64,000 bases of DNA from an uncultured Victivallis sp. (GCF_944391105.1 NZ_CALXSK010000012.1:11414-75413); one strand, 5' to 3'; shown: positions 1 through 8,985, counted from the first letter of the stretch. The notes: generated from the sequence alone by a model not told the origin. Translations and numbers: made by a program.

Positions 1-2
1 TC

Positions 3-2411
3 CGCAAGGCGGAAGAAGCGCTCAAGGCGACCGAGATCGCCGGATTTGAAACGAATCTTCTGCTGCTGCGCGACGTCCTCGGCATGGCGCCGTTCCGCGA
101 GGGGCGGGCCGGGACCTGGCTGCTGAAGGAATATGTCTATTCTGCGCCGACGTTTGAAATTCTCTCCCCTGGAACGCAGACCACGGTGCAGGATTATCCC
201 GGCCGTCTCGGTTACTGGGCGGTCGGCGTTCCGCCGTCGGGGCCGATGGATGCGTACAGTTTCCGGCTGGCCAACCGGATCGTCGGGAACGCGCCGGAGG
301 CTCCGGGGCTGGAGATGACGCTTTCGGGCGCCTCGCTCCGTTTCAACACGGATGCGCTCTTCGCTCTGACCGGCGGAGAGTTTCCGGCGACCCTGAACGG
401 AACGGAGATTCCCCGGAATACACCGGTCTCTGCGAAGAGGGGCGATGTGCTCAAAGTCGGCACGACCCGCTGCGGGCAGCGCTGTTATTTCGCCGTTGCC
501 GGCGGAATCGACGTGCCGGAGTACCTCGGCAGCCGTTCGACGTTTACGCTCGGCCGGTTCGGCGGACACGGGGGGAGGGCGCTCGCCGCGGGCGACGTGC
601 TCCATATCGGCAACTGGAAGGTTTCCGAACCGCTGTCTCCGGCGGCAGCTGCCGTTCCGTCCATCGGGAACAGCTGGAAGATCGCCGTTCTTTACGGGCC
701 GCACGGCGCGCCCGACTACTTCACGGATGAAGACATCGAAGAGTTCTTCCGGGCGGAATGGGAGGTTCATTACAACTCCTCGCGCACCGGCGTCCGGCTG
801 GTCGGCCCCCGGCCGAAGTGGGCGCGTCCGGACGGCGGAGAGGCCGGACTGCATCCGTCCAATCTGCATGACAACGCCTACGCCGTCGGAACGATCGACT
901 TCACGGGCGACATGCCGGTGATTCTCGGCAAGGACGGGCCGAGCCTCGGCGGGTTCGTCTGTCCGGCGACGATCATCACGGCGGATCTCTGGAAAGTCGG
1001 GCAGCTCCGCAGCGGCGACAAGGTGAAGTTCGTCCCCGTCACTCCGGCGCAGGCCGCTGAACGTCGCGAGGCGCTCGAAGCGATTCTGGAGCACCCGGAA
1101 AAGGCGGATCATCCGGTCGCGGAACCTGTCGGCACGGTTCCCGGGTCGCCGGTTCTTGCGGAGTTTCATCGTGAGGACGCCATGTCGCACATCGTCTGCC
1201 GCCAGGACGGAGACGCGAATTTCCTGCTGGAGTTCGGGCCGCCGGTCATCGATTTGCGACTCCGCTTCACGGCGCACGCGTGGATGCTGAAACTCGAAGA
1301 GATGCACCTTCCGGCGATTCTCGACATCACGCCGGGAATCCGTTCGATTCAGATTCATTTCGATCCGGCGAAGATGACGCAGGAGGAACTTCTGAAGTTG
1401 ATCGCCGCTCTGGCGGAGAAACTCAAAACGGAGACGATCCGCTCGGTTCCGACCCGCACGGTCTATCTGCCGCTGAGCTGGGACGACCCGGCGACACGTC
1501 TCGCGATTCAGAAGTACGTCAGCACGGTTCGTCCGGACGCCCCCTGGTGCTGCCCGAACAACATCGAGTTCATCCGCCGGATCAACGGGCTCGACTCCGT
1601 CGAGGAGGTCGCAAAGATCGTGTTCGACGCGAATTACATCGTAATGGGTCTCGGAGACGTCTATCTCGGTGCGCCGGTGGCAACGCCGCTGGATCCGCGC
1701 CGCCGTCTGGTCACGACCAAGTACAACCCCGCCCGGACCTGGACGCCCGAAAACGCCGTCGGCATCGGCGGCGCGTACATGTGCGTTTACGGGATGGAGG
1801 GGCCCGGAGGCTACCAGTTCGTCGGACGGACGGTTCAGATGTGGAACCGCTTCAACGTCACACCGGAATTCGAGGAGGGCAAGCCTTATCTGCTCCGATT
1901 CTTCGACCAGGTCCGGTTCTTCCCGGTCGAGGCGGATGAACTGCTGAAAATCCGGCGCGACTTCATCGCGGGGAAATATCATATCCGCATGGAAGAGAGC
2001 GTGTTCGACATTCAGGAATATGAGAAGTTCCTCGAGGAGAACGCCGCTTCCATCGAGGCTTTCGAGACAAAGCGGAAACAGGCTTTTGAAGAGGAGAAGG
2101 CGCGCTGGATCGCCAACGGTCAGCTCACTTTCGAGAGCCATACGGTCGAAAGCGCCGCGCCCGCGGAGGAGGCCGAGTTGAAACCCGGTGAGAGCGGGGT
2201 TTACTCGCCGGTTGCCGGCAGTCTCTGGAAGCTGAACATAACCGAACCCGGCAAACGAGTGCGCGCAGGAGAGATTCTCGCAGTACTCGAGAGCATGAAA
2301 ACCGAAATTCCGGTAGCCGCGGAATCCGACTGTGAAATCGTCCGGATCTTCTGTGCCGCCGGAAACGAGGTCAAGAGCGGACAGTGTCTGTTCGCAGTGA
2401 AGACGAATTGA
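3..2411 (+). CDS. uca: Urea/guanidine carboxylase (biotin-dependent), 5' end outside the window
   Basis: Frame is open from base 3 (RKAEEALKATEIAGFETN, tail of the biotin carboxylase domain). Carboxyltransferase motifs PPSGPMD, GGHGGRAL, HPSNLHDNAY and GPGGYQFVGRT; C-terminal biotinyl domain LESMKTE; upstream of atzF. Confidence 0.93.
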   Translation, partial: RKAEEALKATEIAGFETNLLLLRDVLGMAPFREGRAGTWLLKEYVYSAPTFEILSPGTQTTVQDYPGRLGYWAVGVPPSGPMDAYSFRLANRIVGNAPEAPGLEMTLSGASLRFNTDALFALTGGEFPATLNGTEIPRNTPVSAKRGDVLKVGTTRCGQRCYFAVAGGIDVPEYLGSRSTFTLGRFGGHGGRALAAGDVLHIGNWKVSEPLSPAAAAVPSIGNSWKIAVLYGPHGAPDYFTDEDIEEFFRAEWEVHYNSSRTGVRLVGPRPKWARPDGGEAGLHPSNLHDNAYAVGTIDFTGDMPVILGKDGPSLGGFVCPATIITADLWKVGQLRSGDKVKFVPVTPAQAAERREALEAILEHPEKADHPVAEPVGTVPGSPVLAEFHREDAMSHIVCRQDGDANFLLEFGPPVIDLRLRFTAHAWMLKLEEMHLPAILDITPGIRSIQIHFDPAKMTQEELLKLIAALAEKLKTETIRSVPTRTVYLPLSWDDPATRLAIQKYVSTVRPDAPWCCPNNIEFIRRINGLDSVEEVAKIVFDANYIVMGLGDVYLGAPVATPLDPRRRLVTTKYNPARTWTPENAVGIGGAYMCVYGMEGPGGYQFVGRTVQMWNRFNVTPEFEEGKPYLLRFFDQVRFFPVEADELLKIRRDFIAGKYHIRMEESVFDIQEYEKFLEENAASIEAFETKRKQAFEEEKARWIANGQLTFESHTVESAAPAEEAELKPGESGVYSPVAGSLWKLNITEPGKRVRAGEILAVLESMKTEIPVAAESDCEIVRIFCAAGNEVKSGQCLFAVKTN

Positions 2412-2417
2412 ACCTCG

Positions 2418-2462
2418 TCCGCTCCGCGTTGCCACGCCGGCCGACGCGGAACGCGGAGCGGA
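2418..2462 (+). repeat. 13-bp perfect inverted repeat (hairpin) between uca and atzF
   Basis: tccgctccgcgtt (2418-2430) and aacgcggagcgga (2450-2462), 19-nt loop, no U-tract. Confidence 0.7.
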
Positions 2463-2485
2463 AAGAGGGAAAGGAGAGAGACACG

Positions 2486-4240
2486 ATGAGAAGTTGCGAA
2501 TTGTCGATTGCCGCACTCAGGCGGGCTTACCGGAGCGGTTCAAAGACCCCGCGCAGCGTTCTTACAGAACTGCTCGACGCATGTGCCGCCGCTCCGGACG
2601 GGATCTGGATTTCCCTGATCGGCCGGGGGCAGCTGGAGGGCTGGATCGCCAGACTTGAGGCATCTTCACCGGAGGAGCTTCCGCTCTACGGGATTCCATT
2701 TGCCGTGAAGGACAATATCGATGTGGCAGGATTGCCGACGACGGCGGGGTGTCCGGATTACCGTTATCGGCCGGAACGTTCCGCACGGGTGGTGGAACTC
2801 CTGATCGAAGCCGGAGCCGTTCCGCTCGGCAAGACGAACATGGATCAGTTCGCCACCGGTCTGGTCGGCGTCCGTTCTCCCTACGGGGCGGCGCCGAACC
2901 GTCTGGCGCCGGGATACGTCTCCGGCGGATCGAGCAGCGGATCGGCCGCGGCGCTGGCGTATGATCTGTGCAGTTTTTCTCTGGGAACCGATACGGCGGG
3001 GTCGGGCCGGGTTCCGGCGGCGTTCAATGAACTCGTCGGGGTGAAGCCGAGCCGGGGAGTTCTGAGCTGCCGCGGCGTGGTGCCGGCCTGCCGCTCGCTC
3101 GACTGCGTTTCGATCTTCGCCCGGAATCTCGAAGATGCCGGAATCCTGCTGGAAACGACCGCACGCTTCGACCCGGAGGATGCCTACAGCCGAATTCTGC
3201 CGGAACGCGATCCGCTGCCGCGCCACTGGAAATTCGGCGTTCCGCGGGAGGAGGATCTCGTGTTCTTCGGCCGGGAGGAGTACCGGGAGGCGTTTCGTCG
3301 CGCGGTACGGCGGATGCAGGATGCGGGGGGCGAAAAAGTGGAGATCGATTTCACCCCGTTTCTGACGGCGGCTCGGCTGCTCTACGAAGGCCCGTGGGTG
3401 TTTGAACGTTACGCGGCGGTCGGGGAATTCATTGAAAAGCATCCGGATTCGGTGCTGCCGGTGATCCGGTCGATCATCACGCCGGAGCAGACGCCGCATC
3501 CGTCGGAGGTGTTCCAGGCGATGTACCGTCTGCAGGAGTGCAGGGCGGCGGCGGACGCGCAGTTTGCGGCGGTGGATCTGATCCTCACGCCGACCGCCGG
3601 AACCATCTACCGGATCAACGAGGTCAAAGCCGATCCGATCCGGCTCAACAGCAATCTCGGATACTACACCAACTATATGAACCTGCTGGACTGTTCGGCG
3701 CTGGCCGTTCCGGCGGATCGCGCCGGAGATCTTCCATTCGGTATCACGCTGGTGGGGAAAGCGTTCGATGATTACAAACTTCTGGAAGCGGCCCGCCGTT
3801 TCCGGAGCGCGGGGCGGTTTCCGATCGCGGTCTGCGGCGCGCATCTCGCCGGAATGCCGCTGCACCCGGAGCTTGAGGCGCTCGGCGCGCGCTTTCTCGG
3901 CAGCGCGAAAACCGCTCCATGCTATCGGATGTACGAGTTGGAGGAGGGAGGCGCCCGCCCGGCTCTGCTGCGAACCGGCAAAGGGGGCGTGTCCTGCTAT
4001 GTGGAAATCTACGAGCTTGAAGCGGAGTCCTTCGCCGGATTCGTGGCAGGAATCCGTCCTCCGCTCGGGCTCGGCACTCTGGAGCTGGCGGATGGACGGC
4101 GGGTGCCGGGATTCATCGGGGAGGCGGTCATCGCGGAATATGCGCCGGACATCTCCGACGTCGCCGACTGGCGTGTCCGGGTGAAAGAACGGAAACGAAA
4201 ATCACATCGAGACTCCTCTCATGACAACACTCTATCGTAA
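2486..4240 (+). CDS. atzF: Allophanate hydrolase
   Basis: Amidase signature GIPFAVKDNID, GGSSSGS and LGTDTAGSGRVPA; C-terminal IAVCGAHL domain; AAGGAG RBS before ATG 2486. Confidence 0.93.
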   Translation: MRSCELSIAALRRAYRSGSKTPRSVLTELLDACAAAPDGIWISLIGRGQLEGWIARLEASSPEELPLYGIPFAVKDNIDVAGLPTTAGCPDYRYRPERSARVVELLIEAGAVPLGKTNMDQFATGLVGVRSPYGAAPNRLAPGYVSGGSSSGSAAALAYDLCSFSLGTDTAGSGRVPAAFNELVGVKPSRGVLSCRGVVPACRSLDCVSIFARNLEDAGILLETTARFDPEDAYSRILPERDPLPRHWKFGVPREEDLVFFGREEYREAFRRAVRRMQDAGGEKVEIDFTPFLTAARLLYEGPWVFERYAAVGEFIEKHPDSVLPVIRSIITPEQTPHPSEVFQAMYRLQECRAAADAQFAAVDLILTPTAGTIYRINEVKADPIRLNSNLGYYTNYMNLLDCSALAVPADRAGDLPFGITLVGKAFDDYKLLEAARRFRSAGRFPIAVCGAHLAGMPLHPELEALGARFLGSAKTAPCYRMYELEEGGARPALLRTGKGGVSCYVEIYELEAESFAGFVAGIRPPLGLGTLELADGRRVPGFIGEAVIAEYAPDISDVADWRVRVKERKRKSHRDSSHDNTLS

Positions 4241-5054
4241 CATTCGAACCCGCGAAGAACTTGACGCGGCTTACGACAATACACGCGCCGTCGCCGACTG
4301 TGCGCGGATTCTCGCCGGCTTCGAGGAGCGCAGCCGTCTCATCGCGGAACAGTACCCGGAGGAGCTGAATTTGCGCTTCGGATCGCGGGAGCGGCAGCGG
4401 ATTGATTTTTTCCGTGCCGGTTCTCCCGGCGCGCCGCTTCTGGTGTTCATCCACGGCGGCTACTGGCAGATGCGTCGCAAGGAGACCTTCCGGTTTCTGG
4501 CCGCGGGAGCGCTTCATCACGGAATTTCAGTGGCGCTGCCGGGGTATACGCTGGCGCCGGAACAGAATCTGGCCGGAATCGTTATGGAGATTCGCGATGC
4601 GCTGCGCTGGCTGCGGGAACACGCCGACGCTCTTGGATTCGACCGTTCCCGGATCGTCGTCGCCGGCTGGTCGGCGGGCGGACATCTCGCGGCCATGGCG
4701 GCCGACGAACCGGGCGTAACCGGGGTCCTTGCGATCAGCGGAATCTTCGATCTGGAGCCGATCCGTCTCTGCTATCTGAACGATAAACTTCAGCTGAAAC
4801 CGGAAGAGGTTGATTCCCTGAGTCCGCTTCGACTTCCCCTGTCGAAGAAAACACTGTTCGCGGTCTGCGGCTCGGACGAGCTGCCGGAACTGCAGCGCCA
4901 GAGCTGGGATTTCGCCCGGCATCGGGCCGCGGCGAAACTTCCCGGAGGCGCGTTCACGCTGGCCGGGCGCAACCACTTCACGATTCTTGAGGAGCTTGAG
5001 ACTCCCGGCGGAGTGATCACGACTCTGCTGCGGATGCTGCTTCCCTCGCTCTGA
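4221..5054 (+). CDS. Alpha/beta hydrolase (arylformamidase/kynurenine formamidase-like, HSL fold)
   Basis: FIHGGYW oxyanion motif and GWSAGGHL nucleophile elbow; overlaps the atzF end by 20 nt. Confidence 0.85.
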   Translation: MTTLYRNIRTREELDAAYDNTRAVADCARILAGFEERSRLIAEQYPEELNLRFGSRERQRIDFFRAGSPGAPLLVFIHGGYWQMRRKETFRFLAAGALHHGISVALPGYTLAPEQNLAGIVMEIRDALRWLREHADALGFDRSRIVVAGWSAGGHLAAMAADEPGVTGVLAISGIFDLEPIRLCYLNDKLQLKPEEVDSLSPLRLPLSKKTLFAVCGSDELPELQRQSWDFARHRAAAKLPGGAFTLAGRNHFTILEELETPGGVITTLLRMLLPSL

Positions 5055-5113
5055 CCGTTTCTCCTCCCGCAATGTACGAGATAAGCCTTTGTGGCTGTCC
5101 GGCTTGCGGGAGG

Positions 5114-5153
5114 ACAATTTTGTTAAACGAAGAGTTTTCTTTCACAATTTTGT
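5114..5153. promoter_or_regulatory. Two ACAATTTTGT palindromic boxes, 30-bp period: candidate enhancer (UAS) for a sigma54 activator
   Basis: Identical 10-mers at 5114-5123 and 5144-5153; same core and period as the boxes at 26630-26673. Confidence 0.65.
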
Positions 5154-5244
5154 CGCACGATTCGTTCTGAATCTGCGTTGAAACCGGAACCCCATCGCCG
5201 TTTTTTCCGGGAAAATTACGATTTTTCATCCTTTTTCCTCAAGT

Positions 5245-5260
5245 TGGCATTCTTTCTGCT
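5245..5260 (+). promoter_or_regulatory. Candidate sigma54 -24/-12 promoter of the secretin pair
   Basis: TGGCATTCTTTCTGCT, GG-N10-GC spacing. Shares AAGTTGGCA and TCTGCT with the glnA promoter. An overlapping extended -10 (TGCTATAAC) is an alternative reading. Confidence 0.6.
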
Positions 5261-5330
5261 ATAACACTGGTATCCGCGGCGTCCGATTCCGGGCGCCATT
5301 GGGTCAACCCGTAAACCAGGAGGTAGCCGA

Positions 5331-6752
5331 ATGAAATGCATCAACCCATGGAAGCTCGCGGCCCTGTTGTGCACGCTGCCCGCGCTGCTCTGCGCGGAAG
5401 AGGGCAATCAGCGGACCATCGTATTCAACGAGGATCGCAATCAGCACTACATGACCACCAAAGTCTACGAACTCAAAAACGTCCGGGCTCACGACCTGAT
5501 GCCGTTCGTACGCGGAGCGGTCAAACGATTCGACAGCCAGTCACGGGTCCAGAGCGTCGATTACGCCAGCGGCGGGAAGCAGTTTCTCGTCGTCTCCACC
5601 GGGAGCACGTTTCTCCCCTGGGTCGATGAAATGATCGCCACACTCGATTATCCATCCCCGAAAGTCGACGAATCCGGGGCGCGCATCGAGGGTGACGGCA
5701 TCAGCCGCTGGGTCTATGCGCCGGTTCATCGCGGCAGCGAAACGATGTACAAGGCGCTCGAACAGGTGTTCACCTCCGCCGGAGGGGAGGGGGCGTCTTT
5801 CTACGATGCACCGAGCAATCTGTTCTATTTCAAGAGTTCGAAATCCCAGGGGGAAGCGTATCTCTCGCTGTTGAAGACGCTCGATCGTCCGGTTCCGCAG
5901 CTTGAGGTGAAGTTCGATGTCTACGTCGTAAGTGACAACGACTTCCGCGAACTCGGGCTCGATTATCTCTCGTGGAAGAACGGACCCGGAGCGCAGCTGC
6001 TTTCGACCGGATTCAACTTCGCGGACCTCGATGCGGATTTCGATTCGCTTGGACCGGAGGCGTTTGAAAGCATTCTCGGTTTCCTGCCGAATTCCGTGAA
6101 CGGCGTCGGCGGCATTCTGGTTGCTCCGAACATCGATGCGACGTTTCTGCGGATGCTCGCCCAGAAGGGGAAGGCGTGGACCGCATCGTCCGGATCGCTT
6201 ACGCTGATCAACAGCTTCGATCCGGCGGCGAACGACACCGGGGAAGGGGTGTTCCGACTGGCATTTGCCCCGGAATTCCAGAACATCGTGAAGGACGAGA
6301 ATCAGACCATTGCGATCGGCGCACTGGCGGAATCGAGCTTTGAGTTCGAGTTTTACGCTCCGTCCATCAACTTCACCGCTGATCCATCGGAAGGGAAACT
6401 CACGCTCATGAGCAACTGGAGTCTGACGATCAACTCCCTGGCGGAAGTCGACAACGTCGGAAACGCCTCGATCGAAAGCAACCGCTTTTCCGGAAGTCTC
6501 ACACTCGACACCGGCGTGGAGAAACTCGTCGGCGCATTCGACAAGCATGTGATGGTCGAACAGTATATCGGCATGCCGTTCCTCGGAAGCATTCCGGTGC
6601 TGAAGTATCTGTTCGGTTCGGAAAGCAAGGTCGACAGCAAACTCAAGGTCTTCGTCACAATGACCGCCAAGCCGGTTGAGACGGAGAATCTTCCGGCCCC
6701 CGCCGCCGGAAAGGTGATCGACACATTGACCGCCATGAACAAGGCTGAATAA
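5331..6752 (+). CDS. Secretin-family outer-membrane protein, paralogue 1
   Basis: Signal peptide; N3-like repeat YELKNVRAHDL; secretin start LDRPVPQLEVKFDVYVV; C-terminal GMPFLGSIPVLKYLFG; AGGAGG RBS. Confidence 0.8.
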   Translation: MKCINPWKLAALLCTLPALLCAEEGNQRTIVFNEDRNQHYMTTKVYELKNVRAHDLMPFVRGAVKRFDSQSRVQSVDYASGGKQFLVVSTGSTFLPWVDEMIATLDYPSPKVDESGARIEGDGISRWVYAPVHRGSETMYKALEQVFTSAGGEGASFYDAPSNLFYFKSSKSQGEAYLSLLKTLDRPVPQLEVKFDVYVVSDNDFRELGLDYLSWKNGPGAQLLSTGFNFADLDADFDSLGPEAFESILGFLPNSVNGVGGILVAPNIDATFLRMLAQKGKAWTASSGSLTLINSFDPAANDTGEGVFRLAFAPEFQNIVKDENQTIAIGALAESSFEFEFYAPSINFTADPSEGKLTLMSNWSLTINSLAEVDNVGNASIESNRFSGSLTLDTGVEKLVGAFDKHVMVEQYIGMPFLGSIPVLKYLFGSESKVDSKLKVFVTMTAKPVETENLPAPAAGKVIDTLTAMNKAE

Positions 6753-6769
6753 GGAAAGGAGTAATTCAA

Positions 6770-8395
6770 ATGGTTTTCAATCCGAAACTTACATCGGGTG
6801 TTCTCGCCGCGTTTCTCGTTTCGGGGAAACTCTGTGCGGGAACCGTGGATATCCCGACTCCACCGGCGCTTCCGACCCAGGTTCAGCCGCAGCTGAACGT
6901 GTCGATCGACAAGTCGACCGACGAAATCACGTTCATCAATACGAACAACGATCCGTATGTCTATACGAAAGTGTATAAACTCAAGCATGCAGATCCCTAC
7001 GAGATCCGGCCGTATCTGATGTCGGCCATCCGGTCCCGGCGGATCGACACGAACGAGACGAAAGTAGAAGCGATCAAATATGTCGACGGCACCGGAATGG
7101 TGATCGTCTCGGCGGAACAGTACCGCTTTGAAAAACTCGACAACGGAATGACCATCGACCAGGTCGTCGAGATGCTGGATCGACCCGATCTCTCCGCACA
7201 GGCCGGACGCCGCTTCTTCGTCTACTATGCGAAATATTTCGATGCGACGACGCTGGCGAAACTGATTGAACAGGTCGGAATCATGCACGCCGACGATGCC
7301 GTCGAACTCGACGGAGTGGACACTGTTCGACCGGACAACGGCATGAACGCACTGCTGTTCTTCTGTACGCCGATTTCTCAGAAGAACATCGAAGCTCTGC
7401 TCGCGCAGTACGATACGCCGCTCTCGGAAGCGCTGTTCACCTATACGATCTATGAGATCGACAGCGAGAACGACGGCAATCTCGGAGTCGATTTCCAGGC
7501 GTGGAAGAACGGTCCCGGCGCTGATCTCTTCGCAGCGGGAGCAACCTATCTGAACGGATGGGATCCGCTGATCGGAACGATCGGCAACGCAACGGAAATG
7601 GTCAAGGATGCCCATGTGAACTACATCAACTTCAATCCGAAGTGGAACGCGAAGTATCTGGACTTTCTCGTCAGCAAAAGCAAGGCGAAAGTGCTGACCA
7701 GCGGAACGCTGAATGTCTGGAACAAGGCGGTGGGCACGGTCGAGAGCGTGACCCGTTTCCCCGTCATCGGTGATGGAGAGACGGAGATTGCGGAAACCGC
7801 AAACGACACATCCGAAATCACCATTTCGATTCCGGGTCAGAGCGAACCTTTGACGTTGACCACGAACAAACCCGGCGAAACCACCGTCACGACCGTGAAA
7901 GAGAGCCGGCTGCGCAAAACCAATAACGCGGAATTCGGCTTCCGGATGGAACTTCTGCCCGAAGTTTACGGTGAGTCGACAATCGTCCGGGTTGCGATGG
8001 AGAACACGAACCTGCTCGGATTCCACAGCGACGGGACTCCGCGCACCAGCCGAACCGAACTGGAGACCACGCTGCAGGTCAACAACAAGGGCAGCGTCTT
8101 CTACATCGGCGGGTTGGAGAAGTCCGATCTGGTCCGAAGCGTGAGCAAGGTTCCGTTTCTCGGGGATATTCCGGGACTCGGGTGGCTCTTTTCGGGAGAG
8201 AGCGAAACGGTTAAAAAGAGCCGGATCGTGGCGGTCCTGACCGTCAACCCGGGAACACCCACAACCCGGATTCCCGGAGAAATCGAAACGCTCTCCGGAC
8301 AGACGAAGCGGAAAATCGAGGAGTTTGGTCTTAAATCCCTCGATGAAAACGAGTATGGATTTGATCAGATCGGTCTTGATCCGGATCGGCGTTAA
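6770..8395 (+). CDS. Secretin-family outer-membrane protein, paralogue 2
   Basis: Signal peptide; YKLKHADPYEI repeat; YDTPLSEALFTYTIYEI; C-terminal KVPFLGDIPGLGWLF secretin motif; AAGGAG RBS. Confidence 0.85.
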   Translation: MVFNPKLTSGVLAAFLVSGKLCAGTVDIPTPPALPTQVQPQLNVSIDKSTDEITFINTNNDPYVYTKVYKLKHADPYEIRPYLMSAIRSRRIDTNETKVEAIKYVDGTGMVIVSAEQYRFEKLDNGMTIDQVVEMLDRPDLSAQAGRRFFVYYAKYFDATTLAKLIEQVGIMHADDAVELDGVDTVRPDNGMNALLFFCTPISQKNIEALLAQYDTPLSEALFTYTIYEIDSENDGNLGVDFQAWKNGPGADLFAAGATYLNGWDPLIGTIGNATEMVKDAHVNYINFNPKWNAKYLDFLVSKSKAKVLTSGTLNVWNKAVGTVESVTRFPVIGDGETEIAETANDTSEITISIPGQSEPLTLTTNKPGETTVTTVKESRLRKTNNAEFGFRMELLPEVYGESTIVRVAMENTNLLGFHSDGTPRTSRTELETTLQVNNKGSVFYIGGLEKSDLVRSVSKVPFLGDIPGLGWLFSGESETVKKSRIVAVLTVNPGTPTTRIPGEIETLSGQTKRKIEEFGLKSLDENEYGFDQIGLDPDRR

Positions 8396-8406
8396 AAAAA
8401 CAAAGC

Positions 8407-8443
8407 AAACTTCCCGGGGAGAGTCTTCTCCGGGAAGTTTTTT
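8407..8443 (+). terminator. Intrinsic terminator after the secretin pair, possibly bidirectional
   Basis: aaacttcccg...cgggaagttt stem with inner ggaga/tctcc pairing, followed by a T-run; convergent gene downstream. Confidence 0.8.
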
Positions 8444-8985
8444 CAGCTTCTTCTGCGGTTCGCGGCAAAACGAAGCCGCTGGATCCGCCGTTCCCGAAGT
8501 CGGAGTCGGACGGCGTAGACAAACAATCCGATGCCGAGAGCCATCCCGGCAAGAACCGCGACTCCACGAACCCAATAACGCGGGGGAATACCGCGGTCAA
8601 TGACCGCCTCCAGAGGTGACGTCGGATCGACATAGCAGTTGATCCGCTCCTTCGCGGGATATTGCCGAAGAAGCGGCTCGAGCAGCTGCGTTTTCCGGCG
8701 AAAGTCCTCTGAAAAGAATCCGTAACGGGTTGATCCGAAGACATTTCCTTCATATTCATATCGATAGTCGATCCGGAAAACACCCTCTCCGGTTCCCGGC
8801 AGAATGTCGATCCGGCTCGAAATCACCGTCGCAGGAACGACATCCCAGCTCCAGGCGCGGATCGCGTTCCGGCATGGTGCCCAGACGGTTTCCTTTCCCA
8901 GAAAAAGCGCAAAGACAAACAAAATCATGGCGAACGCGGTCAGCATTCGAAATCGATCACGACTTGTATTTTGATTGAGTTCCAT
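8443..8985 (-). CDS. DUF3592-like membrane protein
   Basis: Two hydrophobic segments flanking W..VPATVISS, YRYEYEG..FGS and CYVDP..P.EAV, the typical DUF3592 pattern. Confidence 0.7.
   Translation of the reverse strand: MELNQNTSRDRFRMLTAFAMILFVFALFLGKETVWAPCRNAIRAWSWDVVPATVISSRIDILPGTGEGVFRIDYRYEYEGNVFGSTRYGFFSEDFRRKTQLLEPLLRQYPAKERINCYVDPTSPLEAVIDRGIPPRYWVRGVAVLAGMALGIGLFVYAVRLRLRERRIQRLRFAANRRRS

Noticed and set aside
2384-2485. Longer N-terminus of AtzF from the ORF track
   Set aside because: Overlaps the uca end and the intergenic hairpin; RBS and homology point to ATG 2486
6353-8575. 740-aa ORF antisense to the secretins (also 22194-24791 +, 24813-26552 +, 27363-30119 -, 34383-35843 - and many shorter ones)
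   Set aside because: Shadow frames of GC-rich genes; no motifs, and they overlap well-supported CDSs on the opposite strand
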